Shown: one piece after another, positions 1 to 9,292 of the stretch
Numbering within the stretch: the first letter of the stretch is position 1
Layout: every line of letters starts with the position of its first letter
From: a virus
Reading direction: 5' to 3' (one strand)
IMG/VR virus record: IMGVR_UViG_3300045988_092115
Coordinates: 1 to 44,266 of that record
Length of the DNA: 44,266 nucleotides
Notes under the pieces: generated by a model
What the model saw: the letters and a program-made list of their open reading frames with translations, nothing else
Told to the model about the DNA's origin: nothing
Databases searched by the model: none
Program-made: the position numbers and the translations under genes

Positions 1-99
1 ACCCAGCGCATCATGCGCATCCAGGTAATAATCAAAGACATTTTTCCTAGCTCCATTTTTAAGGTAAAAGTTCCCAATCAGATCATTATCAAAAAAAAC
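1..99. repeat. Terminal direct repeat, copy 1 (identical to 44167..44265)
   Basis: Base-by-base comparison of the first and last lines of the window gives 99/99 identical bases. Confidence 0.95.
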
Positions 100-954
100 T
101 GCTAATTTCTGTTTTTTCTGGAGATCGAACGGAATATTGCTTTTGGTGCGCACAGTGAAAGACAAGGTATTTATACTGATGTTCTCAGATATTGCATTGA
201 TCTCTTGTATACAATCAGTAGTAACCAGCTCATCGGACAGGAAATCTCTGTAGATGCCGTAATCTATTCTGGTGAGGAACACCGGCCTGTACGGCTTTGA
301 AGTCTTTTTAAATGTTATTGCAAGCATGTTATAATTTTGAACATAGTTATTGCAAAAATAGCGGCTACTGTCCGGTGAAAAATCCTTAGATGAAAGCAAA
401 TGGCCGTCCTCGTACCATTTGATATTTAACCCGGTTGCATAATCTCCAGAGAGAAGATTGAACGTAAGCAGAATACCTACACTAGAGAACTTGCCATTAA
501 ATGTTATGGTAAGGGTCGGCTGATTCATCATAATGTCCCGTCCGCCAGACGGATAAAGGAACACACGTGGATAAAGGCCAATTTGTGGAATAAGGCCAGA
601 AGTTTTTATAGAGTAGCCGAATATGCCGTCTTCGTTTGACCACTCGTCACTGATATATCCATAATCTTCATGATCTTCTGGGATATTTATGTACTGACCA
701 TTCAAAAGGGAAAATCCCGGATAGCATAGTGCATATCCGGGATAAGTCAGATCATCCCGCCGGAGATCCGGAAACTCTCTTCTTGTCGTTGTTGCATTTG
801 GGTATAAACCAGTTTTTGGGTATAAACCTTTATGTGGTCGTAAACCAGTATCCATGATTTTTGGGAGACTATTATCTTTTGCGTATGGTGCCACATCGTC
901 ATAAACTATTTTCAGTCCGGCCCCGGCTGTTTTTGATCTCACTTTTTCTTTCAT
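1..954 (-). CDS. Tail tip/baseplate-position structural protein, first 318 codons of a gene that wraps the window junction
   Basis: ATG at 954..952 lies one base after the stop of the upstream ORF. I checked all 318 in-frame triplets down to base 1 and found no stop. It is missing from the ORF track because it has no stop at this end. It follows the tape measure and a small tail protein. Confidence 0.75.
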   Translation of the reverse strand, partial: MKEKVRSKTAGAGLKIVYDDVAPYAKDNSLPKIMDTGLRPHKGLYPKTGLYPNATTTRREFPDLRRDDLTYPGYALCYPGFSLLNGQYINIPEDHEDYGYISDEWSNEDGIFGYSIKTSGLIPQIGLYPRVFLYPSGGRDIMMNQPTLTITFNGKFSSVGILLTFNLLSGDYATGLNIKWYEDGHLLSSKDFSPDSSRYFCNNYVQNYNMLAITFKKTSKPYRPVFLTRIDYGIYRDFLSDELVTTDCIQEINAISENISINTLSFTVRTKSNIPFDLQKKQKLAVFFDNDLIGNFYLKNGARKNVFDYYLDAHDALG

Positions 955-955
955 A

Positions 956-1354
956 TCATGTCCTCTGCGGCTCCATTGCGATAAAATCAATAGATAATCC
1001 GCTCCATTTATTTATGTCGTTCCCGTCTTTGTCTTTTTCTTTTTTTAGCTTGTCTTTACCGTTTGTAACATAGGCTTCAAATTCAAGCGTTTCCTGACCG
1101 TAAGGAAAAGACATCGTGTGGGACTCAACCGGAGCCGAAATGATATCATAAAACGTATCATAATCTGCCCTGTTGCTTTTATCCGGGTCTACGGTTAGTG
1201 TGTAGTTATAGAATGTACCTATAATGTCCCTGTACATCCTACGGGATTGCACACGCCCGGAATTATCGCTATCGGTAACAGCAAAGCTGCGTTCCAGGTC
1301 TGTAACCTGGATGCGCAGATCTAAGCCATCAATAGTAAAAACACCGTTTATCAT
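956..1354 (-). CDS. Small tail protein in the distal-tail-protein position
   Basis: 132-aa ORF whose start overlaps the tape measure stop (1351-1354). Its position is between the tape measure and the tail tip gene. Confidence 0.6.
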   Translation of the reverse strand: MINGVFTIDGLDLRIQVTDLERSFAVTDSDNSGRVQSRRMYRDIIGTFYNYTLTVDPDKSNRADYDTFYDIISAPVESHTMSFPYGQETLEFEAYVTNGKDKLKKEKDKDGNDINKWSGLSIDFIAMEPQRT

Positions 1355-4011
1355 ACTGTCACCATCCTTACCCCTACACGCTGTTTTTCTTCATTGTTTG
1401 CCTTGTACACGGCCTGTCCAAAGCGCCGACCGTCCACTTCCATGATAACCGTTATGTCCCGACTACCTCCGCTTTCTGCCAGAGCTTCTTTCAATGCCTG
1501 TTTCATCGTGCTTAACGGGGAAACAACTTCTGTCTCGCGCTTGTTATCACCAAGGATAGCCGCAAACTCACCAGCGCGCGGCGGTACTACAGTCCCAGTA
1601 GCAAGGCGTGGCATATTGTACGTTGCAGCCGCAAAAGCGTATTTTGCAGATCTTCCACCACCAGCACTGCTGTAGACAGACTGTGTCTTCCGTTTGCCTG
1701 CATCAATCGCAATCGTTGCAGCTGCTATTCCTGCCGCAAGAGATGCTGCCACAACCGCCGCGCCTACGCCACCAGAAAGTGCACCAAGAGCAACAGCAAG
1801 AACACCAACCGCGGAAGCTGCTGCCAGAAGGCCGCTTATCATTCTTTCTGTCGGAGTCATTTTATCCCAGTTTCTTGCCAGTACTGCAACCAAACTTATT
1901 ATTCCGCTTATGGATAACGCAACTGGGTCGATTGCATCAATCATTTTTAAAAACATAACAATAAGCTCACCTGATTTAGCTATGATTTGTGATACTCCAT
2001 TTAAAAACGCAAGAAATTTCCATGCGGCAAAAAACGCAAGGACAGCTACAGTTGCTGATTCTACAAGTGACTGATTTTCAGAAATCCAATCAGAAAACTT
2101 AAGCAATGCATTAACCAGTTTTTTTAACGCTGCAATAATAACTTTGCCACTCCATTCACCAAACGGCTGTAAAAAAGTGTTCCAAAACCATTCAGCGGTA
2201 GGTGCCAATGTTTCGATAACCGAATATAAAAGATCGAGAGATGCTGCTATAAGTTCGAAAACCTCCGGTAATCCCTGCTCAAGACCCCATTTTGTTATTG
2301 GAAGCAAAACATTATTTAAAAACCATAAAAGCAAATTACCAATAGCCCGTACAACCGGATTCGCTGATACAAGCACATTATCAAAAGATTCCAGGAGCGG
2401 GGAAAAATCTAAATTGGCTGACCAATCCTTAATGCTTTCAGACGCATCACGGAAGAATCCAGATAATGTAACAAGAATATCTCCAAGATGCCGCAGTATG
2501 TTCGTTCCGGTATCACCTGAAGCCCATGCTTTATCAAACTGCGTTATAAGGTTTGCAACAGTTTGTACCAAATTGGCAAACGTTATAAGTAGATTGTCTG
2601 TTATTGCCTTTCCGTAACTCTCCACATTCCAGACCTGCATGAACGATGCTCCAACATCTTTTGCAAGCTGTTTTGCGGATACAAACAGATTTGTGAGTGA
2701 CTGTATCACTTCCGGTCCATTATCAAGCCACGATTCTTTCAGCGGAGCAAACAGGCCGGAGAATATCTTTTTCACTGCATCAGCACGGGCCTTTATGTCG
2801 TTTGATACCTTTTCCGTGGTAAACATCTGATCTGGTGTAGGTCCGACATACCCGGTCTTGTCCTGATCTGATTTGTTCCCGGCTTGGATAAGCTCATCAA
2901 ACGAATACGTCAGCTTTTTATTCGCCTTTTCCTGTGCCTTTATCTGCTTGTTACTCTCTTTTAAGGCAGCGCCGTAGTCTTCCTCTACCTTCGTTGCTTT
3001 GGTATATGTATCTTTTCCGGTAAGAGCCGCAAAAAACTGGGAAGTCCATGTAACAGCTTCCGAAAGCAATGAGATGAATTCTACCAGTACAGGAGACGCA
3101 TATTCTGCGACCGGAGAAAACGCAGTAGCAAATGAATTTTTCAGCTGCGTAAGAGACGAAAGCACATTTGATATGGCCTTGTTTGTCTCTGGAGAATACT
3201 GAGCAAGGTTCTCCATTCCCTCACGGGCCGATCTAAATGCAAGAGATATAGTAGAACGCAAAAGCCGAAACATAACCAAGCGCCGTACCACGCCACTCAA
3301 TGCCTCTCCATACTTCTTGGTTGGTTTTTGACTCTTTTTCATCTGAATCCCAAGTTTTTTTGTTGAGTTTGTGGCTTTTTTGCTGGCACCGTCAATACCA
3401 AGGAGCCGTTTTTTATACTCCTCAAATTCGTTTTTCACTCGGTTATACGATATTCCTAGAGATTCATTCATCTGCTTGAGCTTTTTAGCTTCTGTTGCAT
3501 ACTTGTCGTACATCTGGGAAAACTTATCTGTATCTTTTCCAAGTGTAAAGGCTCCTCCAGAATCTTCCAGATCTTTCAATTCACCTTTTGCATATTTTAA
3601 CGAATTATTCAGCTGTTCTATGTCATACTGCATTTTTTTATAGGTGCTACTGTTGGTTCTGCCTCCAGTGTCCAAAAACTTTTGCTGGCGTTCAAGTAGA
3701 GCTGTTAATTTCTGTTCTGTCTTTTCTATCTGATTCCGAATCTCAGCGTATGCCTGTGTAGGTATCTTCGTTTCGGCATACGCTTCCAATGCTTCACGTA
3801 GCTTTTCAACCTTCCGTTCCTGTGCGGCATACAGGCTATTCAGTTTCGCAAAAGCGGTGACCTGCTTCTGGACTGCGATTTCTGATTTTTTCCCAAGATC
3901 ATCAATCCCATTTGCCATTCTTCTTACGGCGGCTTCTACCTCTTCTGTTCCTGGCTTCATGCCCTTGGTGTTTATCTCTGTGTCGATTACTATTGATCCA
4001 TCTGCCGTCAA
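1351..4011 (-). CDS. Tail tape measure protein
   Basis: 886 aa. The N-terminal half is coiled-coil rich. A long Gly/Ala-rich hydrophobic segment (GLLAAASAVGVLAVALGALSGGVGAAVVAASLAAGIAAATIAI) lies near the C-terminus. It follows two chaperone-position ORFs. Confidence 0.85.
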   Translation of the reverse strand: MTADGSIVIDTEINTKGMKPGTEEVEAAVRRMANGIDDLGKKSEIAVQKQVTAFAKLNSLYAAQERKVEKLREALEAYAETKIPTQAYAEIRNQIEKTEQKLTALLERQQKFLDTGGRTNSSTYKKMQYDIEQLNNSLKYAKGELKDLEDSGGAFTLGKDTDKFSQMYDKYATEAKKLKQMNESLGISYNRVKNEFEEYKKRLLGIDGASKKATNSTKKLGIQMKKSQKPTKKYGEALSGVVRRLVMFRLLRSTISLAFRSAREGMENLAQYSPETNKAISNVLSSLTQLKNSFATAFSPVAEYASPVLVEFISLLSEAVTWTSQFFAALTGKDTYTKATKVEEDYGAALKESNKQIKAQEKANKKLTYSFDELIQAGNKSDQDKTGYVGPTPDQMFTTEKVSNDIKARADAVKKIFSGLFAPLKESWLDNGPEVIQSLTNLFVSAKQLAKDVGASFMQVWNVESYGKAITDNLLITFANLVQTVANLITQFDKAWASGDTGTNILRHLGDILVTLSGFFRDASESIKDWSANLDFSPLLESFDNVLVSANPVVRAIGNLLLWFLNNVLLPITKWGLEQGLPEVFELIAASLDLLYSVIETLAPTAEWFWNTFLQPFGEWSGKVIIAALKKLVNALLKFSDWISENQSLVESATVAVLAFFAAWKFLAFLNGVSQIIAKSGELIVMFLKMIDAIDPVALSISGIISLVAVLARNWDKMTPTERMISGLLAAASAVGVLAVALGALSGGVGAAVVAASLAAGIAAATIAIDAGKRKTQSVYSSAGGGRSAKYAFAAATYNMPRLATGTVVPPRAGEFAAILGDNKRETEVVSPLSTMKQALKEALAESGGSRDITVIMEVDGRRFGQAVYKANNEEKQRVGVRMVTV

Positions 4012-4028
4012 TATATCACCGCCTTACG

Positions 4029-4604
4029 TTACGTGTCGAACAGAGCGTCCACAGCTTCTTGCTCAATGCGCCACTGTTCTTTTTCTTCGTTGGACATTGC
4101 CTGTTTTAATTCCACCATAGACCTGTTGTTTTTAAAAAATTCTAATTCCCATTTCTCCAGTTTCTCGCCTTTTGACCGTTTTTGCCGAATTGCAAGAACC
4201 TGAGAAAATGTTCCATCTCCGATCTCATCAAAGTACCCGATGAAGGTCCACCAGTGCATATATTGGTTCGGATCGCGAACCTCACGCCCAGATATCTTGT
4301 TAATGGCAGAAAAAACAATAGGTGCATCCTGTTCCCAATCCATAACACGTGGACGCGGTATATTATCTGCCGGTTTCCCACAGTCCAGGAACCACAAAGC
4401 CTGTTCTATTGCTTCTGGAATATCATCTTCTGGAATACTTTCTTCATAAAGGATACCCACCATGACCTGATACTTTCCCGCATCGTCAAGATTTGCATCA
4501 TTAAATGCCGTCATAATATCCAGGCACGGTCTGAAATCTGTCCGTATACCATAAGACTTACCACCAACCGTAAGGGTTAATGGTAAGTCCCATGAGTGCA
4601 TCAT
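4029..4604 (-). CDS. Tail assembly chaperone-position protein (resembles Gp15-type proteins of Firmicutes siphophages)
   Basis: 191 aa, immediately upstream of the tape measure. ATGA start/stop overlap with the preceding ORF at 4601-4604. The family call is from memory of motif patterns only. Confidence 0.5.
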   Translation of the reverse strand: MMHSWDLPLTLTVGGKSYGIRTDFRPCLDIMTAFNDANLDDAGKYQVMVGILYEESIPEDDIPEAIEQALWFLDCGKPADNIPRPRVMDWEQDAPIVFSAINKISGREVRDPNQYMHWWTFIGYFDEIGDGTFSQVLAIRQKRSKGEKLEKWELEFFKNNRSMVELKQAMSNEEKEQWRIEQEAVDALFDT

Positions 4605-5047
4605 TTAAGTGGGGAAAGATATCTTCCCCCAGGAGCTGCCTTGTATTTCTGCGTATATTCTTTTACGCGGTTCTGCACGGCCTGGAGCCGGATTCCACGC
4701 TTCTGCTCGATAACAGTTTTGATGGCATTGATAACATTTTCAACGAAAAACTGGCCAGAATTAAGAAATGTAAATGGAGATGTAATCGAGAAAAACTTTT
4801 CGGACACCGGAGCTGCGAAAAGGTAATCTATCTTTTCGCACATTTTCCGGCTGATCTCATTGAGATCAGTATTTTCCCCTCTTTCAAGCTCGACCTGTAA
4901 TTCCTCGAATGTTTTCACCGTCTCATCGTATCTGTTAACGATGTCAAAATCCGATGGAATAAAGGTAAACTGGCCCAGATGCTCGCCACGCTGATTTACG
5001 ATGTCAAAGACCTCACTACCATCATCAATGGTAATAATATTTCCCAT
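4601..5047 (-). CDS. Tail assembly chaperone-position protein
   Basis: 148-aa acidic ORF between the major tail protein and the Gp15-like ORF. Confidence 0.5.
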   Translation of the reverse strand: MGNIITIDDGSEVFDIVNQRGEHLGQFTFIPSDFDIVNRYDETVKTFEELQVELERGENTDLNEISRKMCEKIDYLFAAPVSEKFFSITSPFTFLNSGQFFVENVINAIKTVIEQKRGIRLQAVQNRVKEYTQKYKAAPGGRYLSPLK

Positions 5048-5063
5048 AATTCACTCTCTCCTC

Positions 5064-5561
5064 TTAGGTCAGCGGAATCTCACCCTCTTTAAAGGACGGA
5101 GCCCCTGATTCAATGGTTACATAGCCTTTCTTTCTGCTGCCATCAAAATATATAGTAAACGGAATGGTGAAACCATCGGTACCACCGCCGTATTCGCTCG
5201 TTTTAATAACAACATTTTCAGTCCATGCACGATGGTTAGTTTTCTCGGTGTCCTCAATGATAACTTCGAGGATTGTAGTCTTGCACTCATCTCCGCGAAG
5301 TCTGTTCATTGCGATATCGCGAATCATCGGATAAATTGCATCAGTAGGATCTGCATAATATGTTATATCTTCGATAGACGGCTCATATCCGTTATCCTCA
5401 ACATAGGTCTCATCCCAAATGTTTTTGTTTGTGGACACATCCGGGTTCAGAGCTACGCTCATGCTGTCGTTGTATTTACCGATACGCCACCATTTAGGTG
5501 TACCAGTTCCACCAAATGTTGAATCAAGAAAGGTTCTATATGCACCTCTGGTAAGCTTCAT
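5064..5561 (-). CDS. Major tail protein (by position and size)
   Basis: 165 aa. It is the first ORF after the head-tail joining genes and lies upstream of the chaperone pair and tape measure. Confidence 0.55.
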   Translation of the reverse strand: MKLTRGAYRTFLDSTFGGTGTPKWWRIGKYNDSMSVALNPDVSTNKNIWDETYVEDNGYEPSIEDITYYADPTDAIYPMIRDIAMNRLRGDECKTTILEVIIEDTEKTNHRAWTENVVIKTSEYGGGTDGFTIPFTIYFDGSRKKGYVTIESGAPSFKEGEIPLT

Positions 5562-5582
5562 AAATTCGTCCTTTCTGCGCTA

Positions 5583-6092
5583 CTACGCTTCATATTCTAT
5601 GTCATTGGTGTACTGCACCGTAACAGGCAGTACCCAGTCTTGTACCGCTTCCTCATTTGGCTCTAAACCGTATGAGTTATCGCGGGTTATGCGTTTTATC
5701 ACTCGACCATCAGACAGGGGCGGAAAGGCCGCTAGGCGCGTCTGAGTGCCGTTTATAACAACAGGCTCCCGGCATATCCACTTGCCGAGGGTGTCAAGAA
5801 AGTCTTGTACATTCAGCTTAAGCCGTTCTTTTGTGGCTGCTGTGCGGTATACCACGTAAAACGGATACTGGCATTGCTGATGGATGCCGCCGCAGACATC
5901 TTCCGATTCTGCATACACCAGCGCCCCATTGTCAGCCGAAAAGGCTATTCCAGATTCTTTTCCAAGCTCCTCGAACTTAATGACCTCGCCATCTTCCAGA
6001 CCAGGATATTGATTTAACAGGGATTTCACCGCGCGGGTGAGAATATCAAACCCGCTTGCGTCCCGCCCTATGACCTTATCCATGCTTACCAC
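5583..6092 (-). CDS. Head-tail joining / tail completion protein
   Basis: 169-aa ORF in the connector block, overlapping the upstream ORF by 17 nt. Confidence 0.5.
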   Translation of the reverse strand: MVSMDKVIGRDASGFDILTRAVKSLLNQYPGLEDGEVIKFEELGKESGIAFSADNGALVYAESEDVCGGIHQQCQYPFYVVYRTAATKERLKLNVQDFLDTLGKWICREPVVINGTQTRLAAFPPLSDGRVIKRITRDNSYGLEPNEEAVQDWVLPVTVQYTNDIEYEA

Positions 6093-6573
6093 CTCCAGCT
6101 ATGCGCTTTACGCCTTTTATCCATGTCTTTCCGTCTGCCTGCTTCGCCGCTTCAAACCAGTGATCCTGTGCTTTTGGGTGTGCCTGGTGCGTGTAAGTGA
6201 TGTTTTCTCGTGCGTTGGTCTTGCCTGTGTACTCACTCGCAAGTACCTTACGTGCTCCACGCCGCGCCCAGGGTGATCCGGTCAGTTCATCAACCATAAC
6301 CTTACCCTCGTACAGATAGCGCCCTTGTGGGCCATATCCGGCATACACAAAGCCGCTTCCCTGTACCGCCGCACTGGCAGCACGGGTGGTATTGATAAAG
6401 CTGCCCGTTACCATCGGCATATACGGCACCATACTGTTCATGACAGCGCCGTCCAGATAGTATTGTGCCTGCTGAAACTGCCGCTCAAAGCGGGACATAT
6501 CGAGTTTCAGATGAATGCTGCCAACATTGTATGACAGATTTTTGAGATAAAAGCGCTTGCTTCTCCTTGCCAT
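6076..6573 (-). CDS. Head-tail joining protein (minor-capsid-type family of Firmicutes siphophages)
   Basis: 165 aa with the N-terminal pattern RRSKRFYLKNLSYN...LDMSRFERQF. The call rests on position in the connector block and on memory of similar proteins. Confidence 0.5.
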   Translation of the reverse strand: MARRSKRFYLKNLSYNVGSIHLKLDMSRFERQFQQAQYYLDGAVMNSMVPYMPMVTGSFINTTRAASAAVQGSGFVYAGYGPQGRYLYEGKVMVDELTGSPWARRGARKVLASEYTGKTNARENITYTHQAHPKAQDHWFEAAKQADGKTWIKGVKRIAGGGKHG

Positions 6574-6577
6574 ATCA

Positions 6578-7045
6578 TCACCTAAAAGATATAGATTTCT
6601 GCCCTGTCAATTTCTTCCACTTCTCAAGCATATCGTGATAGTTTTTCTCTGCATTTTTCAAGCTTTTGCTGCTCTTTTCGTCCAGCTTACGAATTGCCGA
6701 AGCATTTCCGTTTTTGTAATATACAACCTCTATCGTTTGCTTAATTGCGCTCGTTGGACTGCTGACCTGCATAGGATTCCACCCATTTATAAAACGTATG
6801 GATGCCTTATCAGTTCCAGATTCAATAACAGCTTCTTGAAACTTAACGGCATTACCGTTTGTAAAAAAGCTTGCCTTTCCAGCTTTAGGTGAAAGGTCTT
6901 GTAAGCTGTCCAACATACCGGAAGCGCTGTTTTTTTGAAGATTTTCTAAAAATCTTGCAAGGCTCATTTTTCGGCCGGATGGTTCCGGCCCCACTATAGA
7001 TCCACCACTGCCGGATTTCTGAAAACCACTCTCACCTTTTGCCAT
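6578..7045 (-). CDS. Hypothetical protein in connector block
   Basis: 155-aa ORF tightly packed between neighbouring minus-strand genes. Confidence 0.6.
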   Translation of the reverse strand: MAKGESGFQKSGSGGSIVGPEPSGRKMSLARFLENLQKNSASGMLDSLQDLSPKAGKASFFTNGNAVKFQEAVIESGTDKASIRFINGWNPMQVSSPTSAIKQTIEVVYYKNGNASAIRKLDEKSSKSLKNAEKNYHDMLEKWKKLTGQKSISFR

Positions 7046-7051
7046 AACTGC

Positions 7052-7522
7052 CTACTTTCCTAATATTTCAAAATGTGGGATAACCGTATACGGTCCACCT
7101 ACACTGGTTATCTTGTAAACATTGTCGCGGTTGCTGTTCATGTACTGGTAAAAACCATTGCGGTAATCATCATCCACAACCATGCCGCCAGTCCATTCAC
7201 CCTGCCAGAAAAAGTCCTCTGGCCCGAAGGTGATACTGCCCGGAAGATCATCATTGACCTGCGCCGCCCATGCTTTCGGGGGCAGCCACGGCACCGCTGC
7301 ACCGTCTGACCGCTGCACCGTCACCTTGTCCCCGTCTGGGGTGTAAGCAATATGCAGTGCGGCATTGTCGGTACTGTCTGGGCCATACTTTTTCAGCATT
7401 GCGCCGTGATCGGTTATCAAGTCAACGCAAGACAGGATGTGCGGATACCAGTATGATAAGCCTGCGGTTTTGGAGCTGTAGAAGTTAAATACCGTTACCG
7501 TCTTGTCATACATCAGCCACAC
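7052..7522 (-). CDS. Head-tail adaptor-position structural protein
   Basis: 156-aa ORF ending ...VIPHFEILGK, located in the connector block. Confidence 0.5.
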   Translation of the reverse strand: MWLMYDKTVTVFNFYSSKTAGLSYWYPHILSCVDLITDHGAMLKKYGPDSTDNAALHIAYTPDGDKVTVQRSDGAAVPWLPPKAWAAQVNDDLPGSITFGPEDFFWQGEWTGGMVVDDDYRNGFYQYMNSNRDNVYKITSVGGPYTVIPHFEILGK

Positions 7523-8157
7523 ACCGCCTTTTTAAACTTGTTCTGAAACGGCTTCACGCGAATGATGTTCCCTTTGCATTCGTCCGGCACCATGCCATAA
7601 AAGATGATGCAGGATGGTTCCAATCGCTTAACCATCTCGTTATAACCATCAATGAGCATCTGCTTGTTACGCTTGCTTTTCATGCAACCTACACTGCTGA
7701 TAGCAACCACAGAGTTTTTCGGCTCACCGTCAAAACAGAAATCGTATGACGGCGGATAACTCCATGTGACTGTAGGGATAACACGCACGCCATTCTCTTG
7801 CAGGTATGCGCCGATCCAGTGCTTGCGGAAGTGGTTAAACACCTGCACGGCTTTTGGGAAGTCTGCGTATGGGGAGAAATCCGGGGTAAAAACATACTGG
7901 AACCGTCTCAGCTTCTCCAGATACGCATCTGGGTTCGTCCACAGGCGGTTAAACTGGTAATCATCGACAAAGAAATGTACCGCTTTATCTTCAGGGGACT
8001 TTTCTTTCAGAGCGTAGTTCCATCCGATGAAGTCTGATATATCATCAACGTCATACATTCCCTGTATTTCCGGGATATCGTACTTCCCAACGCCCTCATA
8101 TATTCTTTTCTCGCAGTTTTCCCAGAATCTTGTCTGCCGGAACGGTATGTTTCCCAT
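7513..8157 (-). CDS. DUF4417-like protein (non-structural insert)
   Basis: 214 aa with the pattern HFFVDDYQFNRLWTNPDAYLEKL...TPDFSPYADFP...FNHFRKHWIGAYLQENGVRVIPTVTW, which I recognise as DUF4417-like. No HMM was run. Confidence 0.5.
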   Translation of the reverse strand: MGNIPFRQTRFWENCEKRIYEGVGKYDIPEIQGMYDVDDISDFIGWNYALKEKSPEDKAVHFFVDDYQFNRLWTNPDAYLEKLRRFQYVFTPDFSPYADFPKAVQVFNHFRKHWIGAYLQENGVRVIPTVTWSYPPSYDFCFDGEPKNSVVAISSVGCMKSKRNKQMLIDGYNEMVKRLEPSCIIFYGMVPDECKGNIIRVKPFQNKFKKAVCG

Positions 8158-8486
8158 TACTTACTCCAGTCTTTTCCGTTATTACTCATTCTTTTCCACA
8201 GCTCCGTGAGCTTTTCCCAGCCATACATAGCTACAAAGGCAACGATAAAGCCCGCCATGATAGCTGCCAGAATCATGTACCATAATATCTGCATCTGGAT
8301 ATACTGCATGTATGCCACAAAAGCGGCTACAGTAATACCGATGGAAAGAACGAACACCAGTGCATCGGTCGGAATCCTTGACAGGGCACCTACACCCTTA
8401 AAAACCTGGGTGATGACCGACACGCAAAATGACAGAATCCCGATCACTGCCAGAATCAAAGTCATATTTGCGAATAATGCTTCCAT
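8157..8486 (-). CDS. Holin-like membrane protein
   Basis: 109 aa with three hydrophobic helices (LILAVIGILSFCVSVI, ALVFVLSIGITVAAFVAY, ILWYMILAAIMAGFIVAFVAMY) and a charged C-terminal tail. Confidence 0.6.
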   Translation of the reverse strand: MEALFANMTLILAVIGILSFCVSVITQVFKGVGALSRIPTDALVFVLSIGITVAAFVAYMQYIQMQILWYMILAAIMAGFIVAFVAMYGWEKLTELWKRMSNNGKDWSK

Positions 8487-8785
8487 TACTCTTTCACCTC
8501 CTCATAAGTTTTTTCAAAAATATCCGGCTTGCACGGATAAAGCTCTCCGTTTACACCCTGGATAACATAGTCTCCAACAGAAACATGATGTGTTCCCTCT
8601 AATGTTTCGATATAAAGCTCACACGGAGGTAAATCACAAGTTTCTGCGCCGTAATACATAATACCTTTCTTATAAGCTTCTTGCGCCCAAAATGGAACGT
8701 AAAACAAGCCGTTCCGGTCTTTCAGATCACCATCATACTTAAATGCTTCAACGATAACAGGCTTTTTTCTAAACTTCATATTCAC
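8486..8785 (-). CDS. Small conserved phage protein, full-length paralogue of 24723..24965
   Basis: 99 aa. It shares KKPV.VEAF.YDGDLK...YVP.WA.EAY.KGIMYY...TLEGTHHVSVGDY.IQ with the 80-aa ORF. Confidence 0.7.
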   Translation of the reverse strand: MNMKFRKKPVIVEAFKYDGDLKDRNGLFYVPFWAQEAYKKGIMYYGAETCDLPPCELYIETLEGTHHVSVGDYVIQGVNGELYPCKPDIFEKTYEEVKE

Positions 8786-9279
8786 ACTCCTGCATACAAT
8801 ACTGGCATTCCATCATCCGTCCTTACTCCCATTAGAAGCGGTAACGCTGTCTTTAAGAGTAAGTCGTTCGTTTTCTGTACATCTCCGGCGGCGGCATACA
8901 CCGCACTCCATTCCTTTGCACTTGCTCCAATCTGCTGAGGTGTGGCGTAAGATCTGGATTCACTGCCGGATGATACAGATGTCACTATTCCTGTGGTCGT
9001 GCCGCCGCCCGGTAAGGCGGTAGCCGTGCCAGTAGCCACCGCCGCTGCCGCGTTCTGCTCCGCAATATCAATCTGATACAGGATATCAGCCGCAGCGCAG
9101 ACAGCTTTCTTAATGCGCTTCTGCTGCCGTTCATCCCCAGGAAGACCGTCTGCCAGTCGGTCAAAGGTCAGCGTGTCGATAAAGTCACTCGCCCGTTCGG
9201 CGAATCGCATAAAATCAGATTCCGGCACGACATTGCCGAAAAATGATTTTATGTAAAACTCATAGTCTGCATATGCCAT
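8782..9279 (-). CDS. Head-tail connector / head completion protein (gp6-like position)
   Basis: 165 aa, first ORF after the major capsid gene. The N-terminus is MAYADYEFYIKSFFGNVVPESDFMRFAERASDFID. Confidence 0.55.
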   Translation of the reverse strand: MAYADYEFYIKSFFGNVVPESDFMRFAERASDFIDTLTFDRLADGLPGDERQQKRIKKAVCAAADILYQIDIAEQNAAAAVATGTATALPGGGTTTGIVTSVSSGSESRSYATPQQIGASAKEWSAVYAAAGDVQKTNDLLLKTALPLLMGVRTDDGMPVLYAGV

Positions 9280-9292
9280 GCCGGAACCCTCC

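Noticed and set aside
1394-2617. Several 90-160-aa plus-strand ORFs
   Set aside because: All lie antisense within the tape measure gene. Their low-complexity Ala/Pro/Thr/Arg content mirrors the Gly/Ala-rich tape measure segment.
4601-4604. Programmed frameshift between the two tail chaperone-position genes
   Set aside because: The two ORFs are joined by a simple ATGA stop/start overlap. I saw no extended out-of-frame overlap and no slippery heptamer of the G/GT type, so ordinary translational coupling explains the arrangement.
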